From positions 13,479 through 77,478 of the forward strand of contig CACKPV010000004.1 of assembly GCA_902602185.1 (NCBI GenBank): 64,000 nt of DNA, in the 5' to 3' direction. The position numbers were made by a program, and so were the translations under genes. This stretch comes from an uncultured SAR86 cluster bacterium. Lineage in GTDB: Bacteria; Pseudomonadota; Gammaproteobacteria; Magnimaribacterales; D2472. A model generated the notes under the pieces. It worked only from the letters and a program-made list of their open reading frames with translations. It was not told the DNA's origin and did no database searches. This document shows positions 57,633 to 64,000 of this stretch, one piece after another (positions within the stretch are counted from its first letter, which is position 1; the number at the start of each line of letters is the position of its first letter).

Positions 57633-58715
57633 ATGAAAACAGTAGTAGTAGGAATGTCAGGTGGTGTCGACTCATCTGTTGCTGCATATTTGCTTAAACA
57701 AAAAGGTTATAAAGTTATCGGTCTTTTTATGAAGAATTGGGAGTCACAACCCAATGAAGAATGCACTTCAGAGATTGATTTTAAGGATGCAGAAAAAGTC
57801 TGTGATATCTTAAATATTCCTCTTCATAGAGCAAATTTTTCTGATGATTACTGGGAAAAAGTATTTAAATTTTTTCTTTCAGAACATAAAAAAGGAAGAA
57901 CTCCAAACCCAGATATTTTATGTAACAGAGAAATTAAATTTAGATCTTTCTATGATTATGCAATGCAAATTGGTGCAGATTATATTGCTACTGGACACTA
58001 TGCTGACACAATGCAAACAAAAAAAGGAACCTTCTTAAAAAGAGCAAAAGACCTAAATAAAGATCAAACATATTTCTTGCATGAAGTTAGTCAAAAAGAA
58101 TTTGCTAAGACAATCTTTCCTTTGTCAAAGTTGTTAAAAACAGAAGTAAGAGATATTGCGAAGAGTATAAGTTTACCAGTATTTAATAAGAAAGATTCTG
58201 TTGGTATCTGTTTTGTCGGTGAAAAAAATCTTAAAGATTTTTTAAAAAATTTTATTTCATTTAAACCTGGGAACATAAAGAATTCTAATGGTGAAACTTT
58301 AGGGAAACACAATGGCTCAATTTTATATACAATTGGTCAAAGACAGGGCCTTGGTATTGGGGGTGTTAAAAATAAAGATGAGTTACCCTGGTATGTATAT
58401 GATAAAAACACAAAACTCAATGAAGTATATGTCTGTCAAGGGGTTGATAATCAATTATTATTTTCAAAAGATATTACTATCAAGAATATACATTGGATAA
58501 ATAAGGAATTTAGTGGCAATAGTTTATTTTGTAAAGTGCAAATAAGGCATAGACAAACTCCTTCGGAATGCAAAATTATAAAGAAAAAAAATTCTTATCA
58601 GGTAGAATTTGAGTCTAATATAAGGGGGGCTGCTCCAGGTCAGTCTGCAGTCTTTTATCATGATTCAATTTGTCTTGGTGGAGGGATAATTGAAACTGTA
58701 ACTAAATCTATCTAA
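57633..58715 (+). CDS. mnmA: tRNA 2-thiouridine(34) synthase
   Basis: The PP-loop is VVVGMSGGVDSSVAA. NPDILCN and KDQTYFL are also present. Confidence 0.95.
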   Translation: MKTVVVGMSGGVDSSVAAYLLKQKGYKVIGLFMKNWESQPNEECTSEIDFKDAEKVCDILNIPLHRANFSDDYWEKVFKFFLSEHKKGRTPNPDILCNREIKFRSFYDYAMQIGADYIATGHYADTMQTKKGTFLKRAKDLNKDQTYFLHEVSQKEFAKTIFPLSKLLKTEVRDIAKSISLPVFNKKDSVGICFVGEKNLKDFLKNFISFKPGNIKNSNGETLGKHNGSILYTIGQRQGLGIGGVKNKDELPWYVYDKNTKLNEVYVCQGVDNQLLFSKDITIKNIHWINKEFSGNSLFCKVQIRHRQTPSECKIIKKKNSYQVEFESNIRGAAPGQSAVFYHDSICLGGGIIETVTKSI

Positions 58716-58723
58716 AATACGGT

Positions 58724-60088
58724 GTGAAAAATTCATTTGATAATTTATCACCACTAGATGGTAGATATTCTAAGCATACTTCTGAATTAAGTAATTATTT
58801 TTCTGAGTCAGCTCTGATAAAAGTTAGGTTTGAGATAGAAATTGATTGGTTGCTATTTGTACTCACTGATAGATTCTTTAATACAACCAAATTATCAAAT
58901 GCATCAAAGAAAAAAATACTGGAATTTAAAGCATCTTTTTCATCGAAATCTGTCAATGAAATTAAAAAAATTGAATCCAAAACAAATCATGATGTAAAAG
59001 CAGTTGAGTACTATATAAAAAAATATCTTAAAAAAGATTCGAAACTTAAAAAATACATACCTTATATTCATTTAGGTTTAACTTCAGAAGATATAAATTC
59101 ACTATCGTATGCAATGATGATTAATAATGGTAAAAATGTTGTTGCAATTAAACTAAAAGAATTAAAGTTGCAACTTAGAAAACTAGCAACTCAAAACAAG
59201 AACTTAGCTTTCTTAGCAAGAACTCATGGTCAACCTGCCTCTCCTTCTACATTAGGAAAAGAATTTTATATATTTTTTAGTAGATTAGAAGAAGCTATAA
59301 AAGCTCTTGAGCAGAACACACCTACTTATGCAAAATGGGGAGGAGCAACCGGAAATTATCATACTTTCGTTGTCATTAATAATAAATCAAACCCCATTAA
59401 GATGGTGAAGAGATTTTTTTCTAATTATAAAAAAGTTAATTTGTCTATCCACTCTTCCCAGATACAAGATCATGACTATATTTCAAACCTATGCCATGTT
59501 CTTGTAAGAATAAACAACATTATTCTAGATCTAAACCAAGATATGTGGTTATACATATCAAATGATATTTTTAAATTAAAATTAAGCAAAGATGAGGTGG
59601 GTTCATCTACAATGCCTCATAAAGTAAATCCTATTGATTTTGAAAATTCTGAAGGAAATTTGGGGCTATCTAATGCCTTATTACTGTTTATTGCTGATAA
59701 ATTACCAAAATCTAGACTTCAAAGAGATTTATCTGATTCAACAGTTTTAAGAAATATAGGTGTTGCTTTTGGTTATGCTTTACTTGCACACATATCATGC
59801 CTCAAAGGACTCACTAAAATTCAACCTAATAGAACAATTATTAATGAAGAATTAGATAAAAATTGGGCTGTTTTAGCAGAACCTATTCAAACTATATTAC
59901 GTCTTGAAGGAAACGATGATGCATATGAAACTATAAAGAAACTTACAAGAGGACAACCAATTAATAAGGAATTTTATTTCAATCTTATAGATAAATTAAA
60001 ATTGACAGAAGAAAATAGAACATACCTAAAGAATCTAACTCCAAAAAAATATATTGGAATTGCAGATCAGTTAACTAAAAAGTTCTAA
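58724..60088 (+). CDS. purB: Adenylosuccinate lyase
   Basis: GTG start, 454 aa. Blocks seen: SPLDGRY, the signature GSSTMPHKVNPIDFEN, and LQRDLSDS. Confidence 0.95.
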   Translation: MKNSFDNLSPLDGRYSKHTSELSNYFSESALIKVRFEIEIDWLLFVLTDRFFNTTKLSNASKKKILEFKASFSSKSVNEIKKIESKTNHDVKAVEYYIKKYLKKDSKLKKYIPYIHLGLTSEDINSLSYAMMINNGKNVVAIKLKELKLQLRKLATQNKNLAFLARTHGQPASPSTLGKEFYIFFSRLEEAIKALEQNTPTYAKWGGATGNYHTFVVINNKSNPIKMVKRFFSNYKKVNLSIHSSQIQDHDYISNLCHVLVRINNIILDLNQDMWLYISNDIFKLKLSKDEVGSSTMPHKVNPIDFENSEGNLGLSNALLLFIADKLPKSRLQRDLSDSTVLRNIGVAFGYALLAHISCLKGLTKIQPNRTIINEELDKNWAVLAEPIQTILRLEGNDDAYETIKKLTRGQPINKEFYFNLIDKLKLTEENRTYLKNLTPKKYIGIADQLTKKF

Positions 60089-60130
60089 TATTTTAGGTGT
60101 CCGTATCATATAATAGAAAAGAGGTAGCAA

Positions 60131-61717
60131 ATGGATTACAAATATTCTAATTTAATTAAAGAACTGCATGAAACAAAATCAAATTATCCCGATTCATGGC
60201 AAAACATAAATGCTGAATATTTAGCAAGGATGCGTTTGCAGAATCGCTTTAAGACTGGTTTAGAGATTGCTAAATATACTGCATCCATAATGCGCCGTGA
60301 TATGGAGGATTATGATAATGATCCTTCCCAATATACGCAATCCTTAGGTTGTTGGCATGGTTTCATTGGTCAACAAAAACTAATTTCAATCAAAAAACAT
60401 TTCAAAACAAACAAAAAAAGGTATTTATATTTATCTGGATGGATGATTGCAGCATTAAGATCTCAATTTGGGCCTCTTCCAGATCAATCAATGCATGAAA
60501 AAACGGCCGTTTCAGGTTTAATCGATGAACTCTATACTTTCTTAAAACAAGCTGATGCAAGAGAATTAGGTGATCTATTTAGAAAATTAGATAATGAGGA
60601 TAATCAAGATAAAAGAAATAAAATCATCAATCAGATTGATGAATTTGAGACACATATTGTTCCTATTATTGCAGATATAGATGCTGGCTTTGGCAACGAA
60701 GAAGCAACATATTTAATGGCTAAACAAATGATTGAAGCTGGTGCTTGTGCTATCCAGATTGAAAATCAAGTATCAGACGAAAAACAGTGTGGTCACCAAG
60801 ATGGTAAGGTAACTGTTCCACATGCAGAATTTTTAGCAAAATTAAATGCTGTCAGATATGCATTTCTTGAACTTGGTGTAGATGAAGGAGTAATTGTTGC
60901 AAGAACTGATTCTCTTGGAGCAGGCCTCACTGCCAGAATAGCAATTACCAAAGAAGTTGGGGATTTAGGTGATCAATATAATTCTTTCTTAGATAACGAA
61001 GAAGTTAAAGAAAGTGATATGAATCATGGAGATGTGATGATTAACCAGCATGGTAAACTTGTGCGACCAAAGCGTCTACCATCTAATCTTTATCGCTTCA
61101 AAGAAGGAACTGGTAAAGATCGTTGTATTTTAGATTGTATTACCAGTTTACAAAATGGTGCGGATTTGATTTGGATTGAAACAGAGAAACCACACATTGG
61201 TCAAATAGGTTCGATGATAAAAGAAATCAAAAAAACTATTCCTAACGCAAAACTAGTTTATAACAATAGTCCATCATTTAATTGGACTCTGAATTTTAGA
61301 CAACAAGTTTATGATTTATGGGCTGAATCAGGCAAAGATGTCTCTGATTATGAAAGAGATGAATTAATGAATGAAAAATATGATGAAACGGATCTCGCAC
61401 TTGAAGCAGATGAAAAGATAAGAACTTTTCAAGAGGATTCATCCAGAGAAGCTGGTATTTTTCATCATTTAATTACTTTACCAACTTACCATACAGCAGC
61501 TCTATCAACTGATAATCTTGCAAAAGTGTATTTTGGTTCTGAAGGAATGCTTGGGTATGTTAAAAATATTCAGAGACAAGAAATTAGACAGGGTATTGCA
61601 TGTGTTAAACATCAAAACATGGCAGGATCAGATATGGGTGACGATCATAAAGAATACTTTGCTGGTGATGCCGCACTAAAAGCTGGTGGAAAAGACAATA
61701 CTATGAATCAGTTTTAG
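60131..61717 (+). CDS. aceA: Isocitrate lyase (long ~530-aa form)
   Basis: 528 aa. Blocks seen: ADIDAGFGN, the catalytic loop KQCGHQDGK and NNSPSFNW. Confidence 0.92.
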   Translation: MDYKYSNLIKELHETKSNYPDSWQNINAEYLARMRLQNRFKTGLEIAKYTASIMRRDMEDYDNDPSQYTQSLGCWHGFIGQQKLISIKKHFKTNKKRYLYLSGWMIAALRSQFGPLPDQSMHEKTAVSGLIDELYTFLKQADARELGDLFRKLDNEDNQDKRNKIINQIDEFETHIVPIIADIDAGFGNEEATYLMAKQMIEAGACAIQIENQVSDEKQCGHQDGKVTVPHAEFLAKLNAVRYAFLELGVDEGVIVARTDSLGAGLTARIAITKEVGDLGDQYNSFLDNEEVKESDMNHGDVMINQHGKLVRPKRLPSNLYRFKEGTGKDRCILDCITSLQNGADLIWIETEKPHIGQIGSMIKEIKKTIPNAKLVYNNSPSFNWTLNFRQQVYDLWAESGKDVSDYERDELMNEKYDETDLALEADEKIRTFQEDSSREAGIFHHLITLPTYHTAALSTDNLAKVYFGSEGMLGYVKNIQRQEIRQGIACVKHQNMAGSDMGDDHKEYFAGDAALKAGGKDNTMNQF

Positions 61718-61874
61718 TACCTTCCTGACCACAATACTGACAAATTTCTCCCTCAGACAGGTTATTGAGTCCTCCGCATGAACCTTTAATAGGTTTCTTA
61801 TTGAAAATAATACCAACAGCAATACCACTGAATGCTAAGAGAAAAATTAAGAAAGCTGTAATTACATCAAACAT
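61701..61874 (-). CDS. nqrM: Na+-NQR maturation protein NqrM
   Basis: The ATG at 61874 gives [36 protein letters not shown]...CQYCG: one TM followed by a Cys cluster. It lies directly after apbE. The tracked ORF is longer. Confidence 0.75.
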   Translation of the reverse strand: MFDVITAFLIFLLAFSGIAVGIIFNKKPIKGSCGGLNNLSEGEICQYCGQEGTKTDS

Positions 61875-62922
61875 TATGAAAATTATGCCAAGTCGTTGAA
61901 AAGTATACTTCACTACTATCATTTATTAAATCCTTATAAATGATCAAGCAAGCAATATTATTTATTTCAGCAAATCTAATAGCTTCATTTAAATCCATAG
62001 CATTTAATGTTGTGGCATATGCATCTGCAAGTTCAGTTGAATCAAGACTAATAACTGAAACAGAGATTATGTTATTTTGTTTTGAATCACCCAGACGAGG
62101 ATCTATGGTATGAGTCTTTTTAACACCATTTTGATAATTAAAATTGAGATAATCACCTGAAGTTGCAATACCTAAGAACTCCCCTTCTCTATTTCTAATA
62201 ACAAATTGATCATTTGATAATTGGTTGTTTGGATTGGTAATACCAACTGTCCATGAATCTTTATTTTTAAATCCAATTACTGCGATTTCTCCTCCAATGT
62301 CAATAAGTACATTGTTAAAATCATTTTTTTTTAAGTAGGTTAAAACTTTATCAACCGCATAACCTTTTGCTATAGAAGAAAGGTCGAACACTACATCATT
62401 GATCTTAATTAATGAATTTTTCTCAGTAATTAATTCATATTTATCTATTGGTGATATAAATTTGTAATCCTTTTTAGTAAATAAATTCGGTCCAAAACCA
62501 AGTTTATTCACAATAGAAGTCACTGTAATATCGTAAACACCACTTGATTGATAATTTATTCTAGTTGCGGTTTCAATTAATTTAAACAAATCTGGAGATA
62601 AAGTAATTTCCTTATTCAATGGAGCTTTATTTAATAAATTTAATTCTGAATCTTCCTTATAATTGCTCGCAAGATGATCAATTTCATTTAATAAATGTCT
62701 AATACCGTCAATATATTGTTGATTTATAAACTCAGTTGATGAAACTCTCCAATATGTACCAAAAATATTCCCTTCATATTTATAGATTGAGTTTTGATTA
62801 TATGAGTATGCAAAATATATACATACTAGGCCAATTAATAAGGCAAAAAATCTTGAAATATATGATCTTATAAAAAGTTTATCCACCAAAATCATCAAGT
62901 GCGATATTTTCTCTTTCAACAC
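61867..62922 (-). CDS. apbE: FAD:protein FMN transferase ApbE
   Basis: 351 aa. Blocks seen: [20 protein letters not shown] and HTIDPR. The start is uncertain, with in-frame ATG/TTG/GTG at 62895/62889/62886. Confidence 0.9.
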   Translation of the reverse strand: MLKEKISHLMILVDKLFIRSYISRFFALLIGLVCIYFAYSYNQNSIYKYEGNIFGTYWRVSSTEFINQQYIDGIRHLLNEIDHLASNYKEDSELNLLNKAPLNKEITLSPDLFKLIETATRINYQSSGVYDITVTSIVNKLGFGPNLFTKKDYKFISPIDKYELITEKNSLIKINDVVFDLSSIAKGYAVDKVLTYLKKNDFNNVLIDIGGEIAVIGFKNKDSWTVGITNPNNQLSNDQFVIRNREGEFLGIATSGDYLNFNYQNGVKKTHTIDPRLGDSKQNNIISVSVISLDSTELADAYATTLNAMDLNEAIRFAEINNIACLIIYKDLINDSSEVYFSTTWHNFHNV

Positions 62923-64000
62923 CTAATTCTTGCAACATATCTATTACAGCTTTATTCATCATTGGTGGACCACATAAATAATACTCGCAATCCTCAGGTG
63001 AAGGATGATGTTTTAAATAATTTTCAAATAAAACTTGATGTATAAACCCTGTATCTCCATCCCAGTCATCATCCGGTAATGGATCTGAAAGAGCAACATG
63101 CCATGAAAAGTTTTCATTTTCTTCATCGAGTTTATTGAACTCATCGACATAAAACATCTCTTTTAAGCTTCTTGCTCCATACCAAAAAGTAATCTTTCTA
63201 TCACTTTTTAATCTCAAAAGTTGATCAAATATATGAGCTCTCATTGGTGCCATCCCAGCACCCCCACCAACAAAAACCATTTCATTCGCAGTATCCTTTG
63301 CAAAAAATTCTCCAAATGGACCAAATACTTTTACTTTATCTCCTTTTTTTAAATTAAATGCCCACGAAGACATTAGTCCAGGAGGAAAATCAGAACCAGG
63401 TGGTGGTGAAGCAATTCTTATATTAAATTTCAAAACTCCCTTTTCTTCTGGATAATTTGCCATAGAGTAAGCTCTTACCACTGGTTCACTAGTTATAGAT
63501 TTGTGATCCCATACTTTAAATCTATCCCAATCTTCTGAATAATCATTACCAATATCAAAGTCTTTATAATCAACTTCATAAGCTGGTGCTTCAAGTTGAA
63601 CATATCCACCAGCTCGAAAATCCACTGATTCACCCTCAGGCAATTTGAGAATAAGTTCTTTGATAAAAGTCGCAACATTATCATTAGAGATAACCTCACA
63701 CTCCCATTCTTTCACACCAAAAATATCATCAGGAACATAAATTCTTAAATCATTCTTGACAGCAACTTGACATGATAATCTCCAACCATCTTTTTTCTCT
63801 CTTGAATTAAAATGAGATTCTTCAGTTGGTAAAATAGAACCTCCACCTTCACTAATTCTACATTTACATTGACTACAAGTTCCACCACCACCGCAGGCAG
63901 ATGATAGAAAAATTTTATTCTCAGCTAGAGTCTGTAATAACTTTGCGCCTGACTTTACAACCAGTTTATTTGAATCATCATCATTGATAATGATCGAGAC
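62879..64000 (-). CDS. nqrF: Na+-translocating NADH:quinone oxidoreductase subunit F (5' end outside window)
   Basis: The frame is open to the window edge (my own translation). The 2Fe-2S motif is [14 protein letters not shown], the FAD motif is RAYSMANYP, and the NAD motif is [11 protein letters not shown]. The C-terminus is DDFGG. Confidence 0.92.
   Translation of the reverse strand, partial: VSIIINDDDSNKLVVKSGAKLLQTLAENKIFLSSACGGGGTCSQCKCRISEGGGSILPTEESHFNSREKKDGWRLSCQVAVKNDLRIYVPDDIFGVKEWECEVISNDNVATFIKELILKLPEGESVDFRAGGYVQLEAPAYEVDYKDFDIGNDYSEDWDRFKVWDHKSITSEPVVRAYSMANYPEEKGVLKFNIRIASPPPGSDFPPGLMSSWAFNLKKGDKVKVFGPFGEFFAKDTANEMVFVGGGAGMAPMRAHIFDQLLRLKSDRKITFWYGARSLKEMFYVDEFNKLDEENENFSWHVALSDPLPDDDWDGDTGFIHQVLFENYLKHHPSPEDCEYYLCGPPMMNKAVIDMLQELGVERENIALDDFGG

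Noticed and set aside
1-64000. A search for CRISPR arrays, defence or restriction genes, toxin-antitoxin pairs, prophage genes, IS elements and rRNA.
   Set aside because: I found no repeat-spacer structure and no nuclease, helicase, methyltransferase, integrase or transposase motifs in any tracked ORF.

Overview
The window is 64 kb of a very AT-rich, tightly packed chromosome. Most gene junctions are 0-60 nt or overlap. Gene content and synteny point to a streamlined marine gammaproteobacterium. The supporting gene sets are the Na+-NQR tail nqrF-apbE-nqrM, mnmA-purB, icd-clpS-clpA/infA, and lolCD-exbBD-msbA/lpxK-kdsB-murB. A SAR86-like assignment is only an inference; I did not compute GC content or run any search.

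I support about 65 protein-coding genes, one tRNA-Ser(UGA) with a near-consensus promoter, and three intrinsic terminators. I see no rRNA, CRISPR array, transposase, integrase or recognisable phage or defence genes.

Most of the window is housekeeping or catabolic:
- envelope biogenesis
- ETF / ETF-QO / aldehyde dehydrogenase / SDR
- isocitrate lyase and icd
- a hydrolase / TonB-dependent receptor / GPH-symporter uptake locus
- a small aromatic ring-cleavage cluster
- several GSTs

I cannot point to a clearly novel system. The best candidates are:
1. An array of orphan small ORFs at 10.5-12.4 kb, apparently co-transcribed with an FG-GAP lipoprotein and next to the only long non-coding gap and the tRNA. 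It includes a LITAF-like Zn-ribbon membrane protein and an untracked 26-aa hydrophobic peptide.
2. A translationally coupled operon of unknown pathway: MBL hydrolase, DUF1330, two GSTs, DUF1295, and possibly a membrane protein.
3. Three secreted proteins whose predicted mature N-termini read D-x-H, which is ATCUN-like.
4. A single-ORF MsbA-LpxK fusion.
5. A bacterial alternative oxidase.
6. A carboxyltransferase subunit with no biotin domain and no partner genes nearby.

All functional calls come from motif and family recognition by eye. None is backed by a database hit.
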